A stretch of DNA of 63,996 nt, filler included, from Pelomyxa schiedti (lineage: Eukaryota > Protista > Evosea), in NCBI GenBank assembly GCA_020536535.1. It is 10 parts of 10 records of this genome, joined end to end, with 100 filler letters (N's around TTAATTAATTAA, not from the genome) between each part and the next. Parts side by side here need not be neighbours in the genome. Positions count along the whole stretch, not along the records: positions 22,251 to 43,262 come from JAHLWZ010000540.1; positions 43,363 to 44,632 come from JAHLWZ010002634.1; positions 44,733 to 48,966 come from JAHLWZ010001618.1; positions 49,067 to 54,556 come from JAHLWZ010000458.1; 6 more parts are not named here. One strand, given 5' to 3'. This document shows, in pieces, positions 39,674 through 52,304 of this stretch; within the stretch, counting starts at the first letter, position 1; every line of letters starts with the position of its first letter. A model generated the notes under the pieces. The model searched no databases. It was not told where the DNA came from and worked only from the letters and a program-made list of their open reading frames with translations. The position numbers were made by a program, and so were the translations under genes.

Positions 39674-40994
39674 CTATCCTTTGATGGAACAATCCACCCC
39701 AGTGTACCCTGCAAAACAGGAGCAAGTCCCGTCGGGGCTGCATTCTCCTACTGAAGAGCGCTTCAGTATGGAGCATTATAAGGACTGGGAAAATACCGTT
39801 GTTACAGGTGGTGGCTGGATCGCAGTACACGTTGCATATGGTGTCCGCCGTTTCACCACAGAGTGGGTACCACCCGGGTTCGCACTTGCAGTTTGTTCTG
39901 CCAAATTGGTCATACGCAAAGTGTTGAGCTAAAACGGGGGTCAGCTGGTAAGCATTAATTGATGTCAGCACCAACCTGATGTTCCTCCACAATCGCAACC
40001 GCCGTTGAAAAGACATTCGCCAACGTTATTGCAGTTCTCTGTTGGTCCGCACTTGGAATAGAACTGGTGATCCCAGCATTCCACCAGTATTTGTGCTTTT
40101 GTCTCCACTTTGATAGTTTCAGCAGTTACTTTCATTCCTTCTGGGCAGAAGGAAGCAGCAAAATCTTCATCAGTCAACGCTGCTACACAACTGTGGAGCA
40201 TGTAGCCGCATTCGCAGTCCAGATTGCTTTCTACAGTTACACACCAGTCGTGCATCTGTTTTTAGTCAGTACCGGAGAACAAAATAAGTAGGTTACCTGG
40301 CAGCACAAGTCCAGAGCATCACAGGGCTGATCACCGTGGCAACCATAGTAGTTGTTGCTGCAAAACTTTCCGTATCTTGATAGCAATCAGAAATACAAGG
40401 GTTTACTTTGTGACTTACGGTCTTAAAAGGCCCCCTGACCCGCATACACATTGTCCAGAACACCCGGTGTCATTATAGGGCATAGGATCCAACCCTAATG
40501 AAGGGTAAACAAAAGATTCCTTGCGTGATTGGTTATCTTACTATTTTCATAGACACAAGAACCATCATCCTCCTGTGCATGAAAGTCATAGTTCCAAGCA
40601 TTCAAATTGGTGCATCCCAAACCATCCCTTTTCGCCATAAGAAACCAATCAATCACTTTCAAATACCTATACTCTATATAATATACTATATATAAAGGAG
40701 ATCGTACTGAGTACAAGGAGGTGGTGTGTTCAACAAATCGCAGTCAGCCTCCTCCCTGACCCAAGTTATGGGACACGATACAAAAACGCTGCCTTTAGAC
40801 TTGCACTCCTTGGTTGTATCGCACCAATCGCAGCCGTCCACAATGCCAGCACCGTGGCATCGCGTGCAGGATGTGTTGGTAAGATCTTCGCACACGATAG
40901 AAGTAGCAGCCGACGCATAAGCGAGCAACAGCGAAGCTACTACTACGGCGACCAAGCACAGCAGGTACAGTGACGATGTGAACGTTAGTGACAT
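39674..40994 (-). CDS. Secreted phospholipase A2 (plant group XI-like) with PSI-like and EGF-like modules, paralog B
   Basis: Same architecture and intron positions as paralog A; GCTNLNAWNYDFHAQEDDGSC; YGKFCSNNYYGCHGDQPCDALDLCCQ|MHDWC; ends CSCFAGYTGVDCSIKG*. Confidence 0.88.
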
Positions 40995-42347
40995 GGTGTA
41001 CAGCCCAGATGGTATAGTATTATTTGAGTTGTGAAGTTCAGATGTTTTGTGGTAATTTTTGTGGGAGTTGTTGACAGCTTGTCCGGGTGTTGCTCACGGT
41101 TTACACGTGTGACTTTGCCTCTTTTTTTTTTTCCTTCTGTTAAGAACGGAAAGATCGGTTTTAAACCAATCTCTTTTGGGAAGGTTCTTTTTGCCCCTTC
41201 GGGGATTAGAGTAACCGGCGGCACTGAAAAGTCAACAGAATTTGGAGTTTACTTTAAGCGAAATCAGTGATGGTGGTGATTCCCCCCTTGACGGGTGAGG
41301 TTTATAAATTTATTCTTGTTCTTGAGGAGAGTACAGAACTCTTCCAGCTTTAGGCTGGTGCCACAACCAACAGCCAGTTACTGCATCAACGGTCATCTGT
41401 TTTGTTGTTTAGTCTAAATGAAATTCTAAGGGCAGACCTCAAAAGTAGGAATCATGCCATTGTGTGATGAGAGTGGGGCCGTGAAAGGACGGTGGGGTGG
41501 CATTTGCCCAATGTCGTTTTTCAATGAAGCGGGCCGTGGTGGCGTGAGGGCACCGACGTGAACTCCCGGCCCAGTGAGAATTACTTTGTGGTAATTATAC
41601 CTATTATGCTATGCGGCTCCAGTTTGTGGCTGTGGCTTCTAATGTGCTTTGAATTGGCTTGCTTGTTTTCGGCAGGAATCCCTTTTATTGGAGTAAGTCC
41701 GCCACCTTTATCGGAGTTAGTTATTTTGCCCACCAAGGAGGGGATGGCAACCTTGAATGGAGAACCTTGGTGAAAATAGAAAAATATTCATTTGAAGTGC
41801 ACAGAGAAAAGTATTAATCCTCTGAGATATCTCCGTTGGTGGTTTTTGGATAACATAAGATAAGTAAGTAAGTATACCTGCTGGAAAGTAATAGTTTGTC
41901 CAACATGAACAAATCATTGACAAAGCTGGAAAAAGAAATCTGAGCAATTAATTGCTGTGGTTTGTTTGGTTTTTTTTTTTTTTTGGCAGAAAGAGTCACG
42001 TAAAATGAGGAAGTACCGAAATAATCTGTGCGGAGGTGTTGGGAGTGAATATTCGTAGGATTTGCTTCTGCAGATACCAAGAACCTATTAACGGAGAAAT
42101 AAGAAAGAGAAGTCTCTCAAGAGAATTTACCAAAATCACTCCCCCAGCAGAGAGACAAGTTGGGCAAATAAACTCCAAATACTTTGCGTTGAGTCTCCTC
42201 CTCCTCACACACACACACACAGACCCAGCGAAGTTTGTTTGGTTCACNNNNNNNNNNNNNNNNNNNNNNNNNNNNNNNNNNNNNNNNNNNNNNNNNNNNN
42301 NNNNNNNNNNNNNNNNNNNNNNNNNNNNNNNNNNNNNNNNNNNNNNN

Positions 42348-43262
42348 CGATAGAAGTAGCAGCCGACGCATAAGCGAGCAACAGCGAAGCTACTACTACG
42401 GCGACCAAGCACAGCAGGTACAGTGACGATGTGAACGTTAGTGACATGGTGTACAGCCCAGATGGTATTATTTGAGTTGTGAAGTTCAGATGTTTTGTGG
42501 TAATTTTTGTGGGAGTTGTTGACAGCTTGTCCGGGTGTTGCTCACGGTTGACACGTGTGACTTTGCCTCTTTTTTTTTTTCCTTCTGTTAAGAACGGAAA
42601 GATCGGTTTTAAACCATCTCTTTTGGGAAGGTTCTTTTTGCCCCTTCGGGGATTAGAGTAACCGGCGGCACTGAAAAGTCAACAGAATTTGGAGTTTACT
42701 TTAAGCGAAATCAGTGATGATGGTGATTCCCCCCCTTGACGGGTGAGGTAATAAAGTTATTCTCGTTCTTGAGGAGAGTACAGAACTCTTCCAGCTTTAG
42801 GCTGGTGCCGCAACCAACAGCCAGTTACTGCATCAACGGTCATCTGTTTTGTTGTTTAGTCTAAATGAAATTCTCAGGGCAAGACCTCAAAAGTAGGAAT
42901 CATGCCATTGTGTGATGAAAGTGGGGCCGTTATAGGACGGTGGGGTGGCATTTGCCCCAATGTCGTTTTTCAATGCAGCGGGCCGTGGTGGCGTGAGGGC
43001 ACCGACGTGAACTCCCGGCCCAGTGAGAATTACTTTGTGGTAATTATACCTATTATGCTATGCGGCTCCAGTTTGTGGCTGTGGCTTTTAATGTGCTTTG
43101 AATTGGTTTGCTTGTTTTCGGCAGGAATCCCTTTTCTTGGCGTAAGTCCGCCACCTTTATCGGAGTTAGTTATTTTGCCCACCAAGGAGGGGATGGCAAC
43201 CTTGAATGGAGAACCTTGGTGAAAATAGAAAAATATTCATTTGAAGTGCACAGAGAAAAGTA
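42348..43262. repeat. Near-identical second copy of 40895-41813 (5' end and upstream region of PLA2 paralog B); probable uncollapsed allele
   Basis: Colinear with scattered SNPs and small indels; begins at the N100 gap 42248-42347. Confidence 0.9.
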
Positions 43263-43468
43263 NNNNNNNNNNNNNNNNNNNNNNNNNNNNNNNNNNNNNN
43301 NNNNNNTTAATTAATTAANNNNNNNNNNNNNNNNNNNNNNNNNNNNNNNNNNNNNNNNNNNNCAGCTGAAATGCACTTCGGGCTTCTTGAACCGCTATTT
43401 TTCGAAAAGGCAACAACCATCACGCCACATTCACCCCCTACCTCAAAACAGTCGGTCGGCCCTTCAAA

Positions 43469-43870
43469 ATGTCAACAGACAACAACAAGAACACCAGCAA
43501 CAACAAATTGCTTGAAGGTGAAATGCACTACGTGGAGCCGCCCGAGGGCGACCACTGGGCGTGTGTGGACTGGGCTCCAACGGAGTGCATGGACTGTGGG
43601 GAGCCCTTCACCCTGCTGTTCCGCCACCGGCACCACTGCCGTTCCTGCGGCGGGCTGTTCTGCGACAAGTGCTGCCCCATGCGCCCGGTGCCGGTTGTCG
43701 TGGCCCCGCCGACGCCAAGCACGGGCTCGTGCGCCAGCACGACAACCACCACCACCGCGCAGCAGCAGAGGCAGTGCCGGCGGTGCCACGAGGGCCTACC
43801 TCCCCTCCCTCTGCCCCACCTCTCCTCCTGCTGTTGCAGCAACCACTCCAAGTCGGGTGGCGGCAACTGA
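43469..43870 (+). CDS. Small stand-alone FYVE zinc-finger protein, copy 1
   Basis: CMDC..FTLLFRHRHHCRSCGGLFCDKCC...RQCRRC; intronless. Confidence 0.85.
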   Translation: MSTDNNKNTSNNKLLEGEMHYVEPPEGDHWACVDWAPTECMDCGEPFTLLFRHRHHCRSCGGLFCDKCCPMRPVPVVVAPPTPSTGSCASTTTTTTAQQQRQCRRCHEGLPPLPLPHLSSCCCSNHSKSGGGN

Positions 43871-44007
43871 TAGAGTGGCACACACCCGCGTATCACCCCC
43901 CGACGAATCCAATTACATTTCAGCTGAGATGCAAATGCACTTCGGGCTTCTTGAACCGCCATTTTTAAAAAAGGCAACAACAACAAACAGTCGGTTGGCC
44001 CTTCAAA

Positions 44008-44361
44008 ATGTCAACAGACAACAACAAGAACACCAGCAACAACAAACTGGTTGAGGAGCCGCCCAAGTGGTCGTGTACGGAGGTAACGGAGTGCATGGAC
44101 TGTGGGGAGCCCTTCACCCTGCTGTTCCGCCACCGCCACCACTGCCGTTCCTGCGGCGGGCTGTTCTGCGACAAGTGCTGCCCCGTGCGCCCAGTGGCAG
44201 CTGTGGCCACGCCGGCATCAAGCACGGGCTCGTGCGCCAGCACGACAACCACCACCACGCAGCAGCAGAGGCAGTGCCGACGGTGCCACGACGGCCTCCC
44301 TCTGCCTCACCACTCCTCCTGTTGTTGCAGCAACCACTCCCAGTCGGGTGGTGGAAACTGA
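44008..44361 (+). CDS. Small stand-alone FYVE zinc-finger protein, copy 2
   Basis: Tandem paralog with the same FYVE core; upstream sequence also duplicated. Confidence 0.85.
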   Translation: MSTDNNKNTSNNKLVEEPPKWSCTEVTECMDCGEPFTLLFRHRHHCRSCGGLFCDKCCPVRPVAAVATPASSTGSCASTTTTTTQQQRQCRRCHDGLPLPHHSSCCCSNHSQSGGGN

Positions 44362-44459
44362 TAAGCCTCCCTCAGAGACACACCGGCGACAACTGCGAAT
44401 CAAATTAGCCGAAAACCAAAAAAAAAAAAAACAACAGCGAGGCTGATCGACAGGGGACG

Positions 44460-44632
44460 ATGTCGCGACTGGGGACGGAAGACACGACCAACGCGGACCC
44501 GCAGCCGCAGCCGGACGACGAGGGTGGGTCGGTGACAGTGGTGGAGTCGGAGCCGATGGGCACGCGCCGTGCGCCCCCGGTACAGTCCACACGGACCGGG
44601 TCATCGGCCAACAGGGGAGGCCCCAAGTCCGT
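44460..44632 (+). CDS. 5' fragment of a hypothetical protein
   Basis: ATG-led GC-rich frame MSRLGTEDTTNADPQPQPDDEGG running into the linker. Confidence 0.45.
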
Positions 44633-45189
44633 NNNNNNNNNNNNNNNNNNNNNNNNNNNNNNNNNNNNNNNNNNNNTTAATTAATTAANNNNNNNNNNNN
44701 NNNNNNNNNNNNNNNNNNNNNNNNNNNNNNNNAGCCCCCCGACAGCCGTGCCCTGTGCCCTGTGCTCTGTGCCCTGTGCTTCTAGGGCGGCCGCCGGGCC
44801 CGCCCCCGCCCCCGCCCGCCAGCAGTGCCGCCGTTTCCACCGTGCCGTGCCTCGTGGGACCACCCTCTATGCGCGGTCGTAGTCGGTGGGTGCACTGGGT
44901 ACAGTGCCTTGTTGTTTAATTTATTTTTTTCCTTTATCGTTTTTTCAAACACAGGATGACTGAGGACAAAATCTCTTCGCAGCCTGATCGGCTGCTACGG
45001 GGAGAACAAGCACAGGTGCGGCAAGGGATCATGGGAAAACCCAACGTTCCTTCCCGCAAGGAGGGCCCAGGTCCTCGGATCTGTTAACAGAAAACAAAAA
45101 AAATGCAATCCTGGGTGATAATAAAGGACAGGGCGTCGTTCACAGGTGCATTGTGTTGGGAAAGTGTGGCTCGTGTTGTTGGTTTTAAC

Positions 45190-46637
45190 ATTGTGGGACC
45201 ACAGCAATACTGGAGACTGTGTCGTTTTCGCCGCGCATTGACATTTCGTTTGGCTGCGCAGCGACTCTGGTGTCGGCGCGCGGTGGGGCTTCTGGTGCGA
45301 GTGGTGGTGGTGGCGGCCTTGGTCATTATTGCTCTGGTGCTCTGGTGGGCCAAATCAGCTGTGCCAGCCAGTTTCTCCATGGTGTGGTGGCCTGGCTTTC
45401 AGCCGGCGGGGCCGCGGCCCTGGCCAGTACCACTGCAGCATCCTCAGCCTCGCCCTCGCCCTTGCCCACAGCAGCAACAGCAGCAACTCTGGGGCTCCCG
45501 CCGCTTCCTAGGCTCTGCTACGCGGCGCCCCCAGCAGAAACGGGGCTGAGCCGCACGCAATCTCTGTTGATACGTCTTGTTGGTGAGGTAATGGACGCTA
45601 TTGCTAAGAAGGAAGGGGGCGACACACCAGGAGTGGGGGATGGCGATGCTGAGCATGTGTTGCTGGGGGATTTTCAAATGATTGGATGCTCTACTGATGA
45701 TTGTGATCAGGTTTGTATTGTTTGTTGTATCCTGGTTTGGTTTAGTGCTTGACCCTTTTCTTCCTTGTGTTTTGTTTGTTTGTTTGTTTGTTTCTGGCTC
45801 CAATTAACAAGTTATTCACTAGGTGAGTCAAATGTCTGTAATAGAAAAAACCTGCTCCAGTGTGGATGTACAGCGATTTTCGCTGGAGAAGGCAGGGACT
45901 GAGGCCAAACGTGCACTCGAGCGCTCTTCAACATACGCCTGACTTCCACGCCAGTTGCACAAATTACCCAGTTCCGAGAGCACTGCTGTGCTTTTCAAGA
46001 AGAAATTGACAGGGTACTTGGAAAATACAAGGTTGCAGTGGCCAATTCTATGAAGCTCAAGCAATTACTCTCAACCACCCTCAGCAACACATAAGTACTC
46101 ATTCTAAAATAAAAAAGTTCTTTTCCACAACCAGCTGGAACCGAGTGACTTGTGCAATCGAATGAGTGACACTCTCTAACAAAGTTGTTGGGGCTTGATG
46201 TGCACAAGATACACAACAAAAACACTATCAAGTGTCTCTTGCTTGCAGATAGCAGCGAAGTCAAGGTTTGCAAATGTGATGGGTGCAACAACGAGGCCGG
46301 AAAACGGCTCAACAAGGTTCATCTGTGTCAGTCACAAGGAAATTGAATACCAGCTGCAATCTTTGACGTGGATTTCATCGCGAGTGCTCGTTCAACACTG
46401 AGCCCCCTCACCACTGTGTGGGGGAAAGCCGCATTTGGTTGTGCTCAACACTTCACTTGGTCGTTTCCACATCAAAAACGAGCAGTAGGTTGTGTGTCCG
46501 TCTTTGCTGTTCGAGATCGGCACTCCCTGTGTTGGGATGCACCATCACTCAGGTTGAGATTAAACAGAAGAATCTTGTGGAGGGGTAACAACATCATCCT
46601 GGATGGCACAGCCTCACGTGGTGGCGCCGTTGTCGTT

Positions 46638-46672
<35 letters not shown>

Positions 46673-47420
46673 GCTGGTGCTGTTGTTCGTCATTCTCGGT
46701 CTCTTTGCGATTGGTGCAGGCGGCTATTTGTTGTGGTTACATCTTCGGCTTGTTTTTTTGTGCCCAATCGCCTCTTACAATCCCCTCCCATAATCCTAGC
46801 TGGTGGATCGTCATCGTGGCACAGTGGTTGTCGCCGTAGTGAGGTGTCGTCCTCGGGCTTTCGGTGATTGGTGATTGATTGATCTGATCAACAGCAGGGA
46901 ACAGGGCCCAACAAACAAACCACCAACCCCCCAGCGGTCGCCATACCCGCAGTGCCCAATGGGACACTGACTGATGGGTGTGATGCCATGCCAGAGTGAT
47001 GACCGCCACCAGTATTATGTTGTGTTCACAGTGGTGATGGATGCCTATTATGCAGTCGGGTTGCCAAGCGAGTCTCAGGATACAGATGGGACAGTGCCAT
47101 GCTGTCATGCGTTTGTCCATGGATTCATGAAGCTGGAGTGCGTTGAGTCGAATTGTTGTTGTGGTGCATTAACATACCCTTTTTGTTGCTCATTGCTGAG
47201 GGGTATATATCCAAAAGAATGGACAAGGCTGGCCTTCAATTGATCAGATTCTGTAGCAATCAACATACATTTGCCGGAAGAGCCGGCTCACCTGACAAAT
47301 AATGGAGTGTTCAGTTTGAAGTAAGAAGGACGGCTTACTACACTCTTGCTATGCTCCTCTGATTTGACTATATAATGCTCTCATTCTCCTTCTCATAACA
47401 GACAAGCTGCAACTGCCTCC
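45190..47420 (+). pseudogene. Decayed spliced coding region of unknown family
   Basis: Long exon (..LIRLVGEVMDAIAKKEGG..) and a clear intron ~45711-45822, followed by frames interrupted by stops and frameshifts. Confidence 0.3.
46638..46670. repeat. (GTC)n microsatellite, ~11 units
   Basis: Directly visible. Confidence 0.9.
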
Positions 47421-47699
47421 AACACATCCACCAAGATCAGATCACATATCTTCATTTTGGTGTTTATTTGCATGTAAATATGAAGGTTTTACACAACCTG
47501 CTCATTGCTCCATTTGAGATCAAATGAACTTTGTGCTTGTAGAAATTCAGAGTAGGGGATATTTGCCTATTTCCATCGGTGTCAAAGAACGTGAATGCTT
47601 GTAGTATGGAATTAAGTACCGTTTATTCGTTTTGGAAAAAGGTCAGTGGGTTTGGGTTGCTTCAGCAAAATGACTCGCCCCGGTGATCGTTAAGCTCGA

Positions 47700-48330
47700 G
47701 TTCAAATTGGTTTCACTGACTGGATACCGCCATGCAACACACAAACACTTTGTCATCGATCACGGTGCAGAGTGGGTGAGAGTTGAAGGGGTGGGGTTGG
47801 TTGGGGTTGTAGCACTCCACTGTCTTAGTGATTGTGATGTGACAATATGCCCCCACAACAGTGTCAAAAGAAGAAGCTCCTGGGCAGAAGCAAACAACAC
47901 CACAGTGACACAGTGACAGTGGACACAACAGTGTCTTGAAAACGAGAGCGAATTCTTTCTTCGTAATGTAATTAATTGCCAAGCAGCAAGAGAGCAGCCC
48001 CAGAGAAAATTTCTGGGGGAGAAAAGTTGGTATTACGAAAACAGGGTACAGGAACAAACTGGGGCGACGCTGACATCCAAAAGGTACTGCGACGGAGCCA
48101 CCAGTTGCGGCGGGGCATGATTTGCACGGACGTCACAAGGGGGCATACTCGCCGCCTGCACTGTCCGAACCGACCACCCCCGAGGGTGGCGGTGGGACCC
48201 ATCAGGTCGTAGTCGGTTATACTACACAGAGATAACCGACACAACAGCGGGGGGAGTGTTTTATGCCATGTGCACCTTGGACGTCCGGAAACCCGACACC
48301 CCGTCAGTGATGCACACTCCCGATACCCGA
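47700..48330 (-). pseudogene. Possible protein-kinase pseudogene fragment
   Basis: ITDYDLMGPTATLGGGRFGQC resembles a kinase Gly-loop start; no intact HRD/DFG found. Confidence 0.25.
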
Positions 48331-49066
48331 TCCCAGCAGATCTTGGGTTTTTCTGCTTGTGTGTACTTTTTTTTTGGAAGAGGCACTGCTGCCTGTGGTC
48401 GTCAGGTTGATGTACAAAAGGGGGTATTATAAGAGGAGGAACAAAATTGGGAAGTGCCAAGTTCGATTCTTCTAACAACACCATCCTCAAAACCATCAGC
48501 AGATGTCTCCTCGGGAGTACTGCAAAAAAACGTGGCTGTTCTTTGCTCCTTGTCCACATTGAGGCCTTTCCTTGTGGGGCACAATCAGTCGTTGGTGGGA
48601 ATTGAGTGATTGTTGGCGAAGTAGACGCTACATGACGATTGGCCTGAATGTCTGTCGAACTTCTTTGTACTGAATTACCAAGGTAGCCAAGGCCGGCTAG
48701 TGTCCATCACTTAATCCTTTTTTTTCCTGCTGTTGATCACAAGAAGCAAAGGAAACATAAGAGAGCCCCTTGTAAATGCACAAAACACAACTACATTTTG
48801 ATGAGCCGCAATTGTGTCAACACGTCATTGGTGGGTGCAGAAATTCTCGGCTGGCAGAGACTTACAGAAGTGGGGGAAGAGAACAGGCTCATGTCGTCAC
48901 TCTCCTCCTGTGCGCCAAGGGAGTCAGCCTGATTCCACCAGCCATGTGTAAACACAGATCACGATGNNNNNNNNNNNNNNNNNNNNNNNNNNNNNNNNNN
49001 NNNNNNNNNNTTAATTAATTAANNNNNNNNNNNNNNNNNNNNNNNNNNNNNNNNNNNNNNNNNNNN

Positions 49067-49649
49067 TCCTTATGGAAACTTAAAAAGTTGTGTTGAGGGG
49101 TTCCAGTGATTAGAACCCCCCATTTTTTGTAGTTTTGGTCATCGATGTAACGATTAACAGTATGTATGAATGACTGGCTGCTTCATCGGGCAGAATTCTA
49201 GGGGTGGTTGTACCTGTTTTTGGTACAATCATTGCATGCAGTCGTGAGCAGGTTTCTTTGTGGATTTTTTTCTATGCCTGCCTGGTGATGGTGTTGGGAC
49301 AATCTTGTCACACAGAGTTGGGACAATTGCACACTTTTGCTTTGTTCAGTGGTTTTCTTTCAAAAAAAGAAAACAAGTTATTCTCCATTGTGTGTTATTT
49401 GGTGTTGCCTTTGAGGCCTTTGTTGCAGTTGGGTTGGGTAAATGAGTGACAAGTCCACACTAGGGCAGCAGTGTACAACTTTCTCACAGGCTTGTGTGAA
49501 CGTCATGTGTGTCGTATCCATCAAGTATGCAATGGCTATAGCAGCAGACCGGGACCGGCCGTGAAGAAGTACCAGAACTCTCTCACCTCGGCGTGCTGCC
49601 TCAGAGATAAAGGGGATGGCTGAATCCCAAAGAGGGGCCATATTCTGGG
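49067..49649 (-). repeat. Second copy of 51999-52576 (3' end of the pseudophosphatase gene); probable uncollapsed allele
   Basis: The coding differences I found are synonymous (CTG/CTT, GCA/GCG); the 3' flank has indels; ends at the N100 gap. Confidence 0.9.
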
Positions 49650-49791
49650 NNNNNNNNNNNNNNNNNNNNNNNNNNNNNNNNNNNNNNNNNNNNNNNNNNN
49701 NNNNNNNNNNNNNNNNNNNNNNNNNNNNNNNNNNNNNNNNNNNNNNNNNGCGCCGGCCAGGTGGGGCGCGGGGCGGGGTGCCGGCGCGGGC

Positions 49792-51896
49792 ATGAGGACG
49801 CCGGGGGGCCGGCCCATACGCATGGGAATGGGCGCGGGCGCCGGGGCCAGGGGGAGGGCCGGGTCGAGGAGCGGGAAGAGGGGAGGGCGCCAGGCGAGCA
49901 AGGAGGACGGATGGAGGAAGTGGCACCACAAGGAGCTGACCCCCAGGGAGCTCGAGACCAAGAGGCTCTACAACCGCCTGCGCCACAAGCGGGCCCACCA
50001 GCGCAAGGCGGCTACCAAAGCCCAGCAAACTACCCAGGGTGCCGGCACTCCTCCCGCCGCCCCTGTTAGTTCAGCTCCCAGGTCCGCATCCCGGTCGCCT
50101 TCACGATCAAAAACAAACCCACGCCAAAACTCAAAACCACAACGGAAACCTACACCAAAATCTTCTACAACCTCGAACACTGCTTCTGCATCGGCGTCGA
50201 AGCCTCCCAAAAAGAATTCCTCAAAAGCGAAGCCAGAACCAGCCATTCCATCGGATCCATCGGCATCGACACCAGCATCAGAATCAACATCAACATCCGC
50301 ACCAACACCAACTCAGAAGGGGGGTAGCTCGAAGTCACGGAAATCTGCTACCAAAGAAAAAGTGGCTGCCGTGATTCCTGAGGTGGAAGTGGAACACCCT
50401 GATGAGCAGGAGGAGGAACAAGTGGAAGAGCAGCTAGAGGAGCGGTTTGGAGAGAAGTGCACAGCATCGCACTCGTTGAACTTTGATGCAACCCGTACTG
50501 GTGGCAGTGCCAAATCTGGCGGGAGTACCTACGTTTGGGGGTTGGTGGCACCCATTGACATATCTACACCAACCGTCGCGGGTATAGGAAGTAACCGGGT
50601 AGTCAAAGTTTTCAATGTGGAGACTGGTGCCGTTTTACACGAACTACCTGGCATGTATCTGATGTTAACATGTTTACCGTCTGACTTCTTTTCGTAGGAG
50701 CAACCCAACGTATAAATCAAATTGTATTTAGCCACATTCAACCAGACCTACTGTACTCAGCTTCTGATGATTCCACACTGAGACTATATGACCTTAGATG
50801 TTCTGACGGGCCCTCAGAATGCCCACAGCTTTGTCACAAAATTTCGGTCAAAGGCAAAGCAGAACTGTGGACTGTTGCTGAAAACTTGGATGGCTCACAA
50901 TTTGCAGCTGGTGGGAGTAACAATCAAGTCAATTTGTGGGATTCACGAAAGCTGGGTGAAGACATGAATCCACTTGTGCTGCCATATCATACCGAATCCA
51001 TTTCACATGTAGGTCGCGTTCTTAATTCACATTACTCAATTGGAATTCCAGCTTGAATTCGTAGCACAAGACAAGTTGGTGAGCGGAAGCTGGGATGGAA
51101 ACATTTATGTTACAGACACTTCCATTACAGACCAAAAAAATGATGATGCACTTATTGCAGGTAAAGCCTACTGAATTAAACTGTCCATCAGAAACAATAG
51201 TAACTTCAGTCAGGATTCAACGTAGAATCCCAAGTGGAAACCTTTGGTACATATGGTTCGAACATCTGGTGCATCACTGCAATCCAAGACCTTTACCTCT
51301 CATCAATAGAACCAGTTAGCTTCATTTCGGTACATCAAGTCCCTTACTTACACACAGTACAGGATAGCAGCTTTCTTTTACACAAAGATTTACTTAATCG
51401 GTTGTCAACTCCCACAGTGAGTGTGTATGGACATGTTGGCTGCTACAACGACCCAAGCACCAATAACCTATACCTATTATCTACAACAAGAAGGTATTGA
51501 ATAGAATTTTCAAGAAAGAATCTCATCATTTACACAGAGGATCACTTGTTATCTCGCTCATGAATGAGACTGGGGCACAACCTGTAAGTGTGCTATGCCA
51601 ATCACATAAGTCTACAATTTCCTCTGCAGTTGTTTCTGGCGGGAAGGTTGACCATTTCTCATTCTTGAGATTGATCCTAATGCAACTTTCTTTCTATTAT
51701 CCCTGAACTTCTGCATGCAGATAATCACATCTGCTGATGAACCCACAATTTATGTGTGGTCAATGCCACAGTCACTTCAGGGTGTACAGGTAATTAGTAA
51801 CTCGTAACATCTGAAAACATTAAACCCAGTTACCACCAGACACGCTCTCCAAAAAAACGTAGAGTCAACTTTCAAAAAAAACAAGCAACTGAATAG
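49792..51896 (+). CDS. WDR89: WD40-repeat protein, WDR89-like, with long basic/disordered N-terminus (true start may lie in the gap)
   Basis: LLYSASDDSTLRLYDLR, FAAGG..VNLWDSRK, YHTESISH/LEF, LVSGSWDGNI..DDALIA/GFNVESQV; basic C-terminus PKKRR. Confidence 0.7.
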
Positions 51897-52304
51897 GCTA
51901 CCAAAAATAGAACATTCCACTACTTTAGCAACCTCCCACAAAATACAAGCCACCTTCCTGTCAAGAATTTAATTTTGGTAAAACAAACATGAGGTAGCTC
52001 CTTATGGAAACTTAAAAAGTTGTGTGTTGAGGGGTTGCAGTGATTAGAACCCCCGTTTTTTGTCGTTTTGGTCATCGATGTAACGATTAACAGTAAGTAT
52101 GAATGACTGTCGGGCAGAATTCTAGGGTGGTTGTGCTTGTTTTTTGGTACAATCATGCATGCAGTGGTGAGCAGGTTTCTTTGTGGATTTTTTTCTGAAA
52201 TGCCTGCCTTGTGATGGTGTTGGGACAAAAGAGTCACACGGAGTTGGGACAATTGCACACTTTTGCTTTGTTCAGTGGTTTTTCTTTCAAAAAAAGAAAA
52301 CAAG

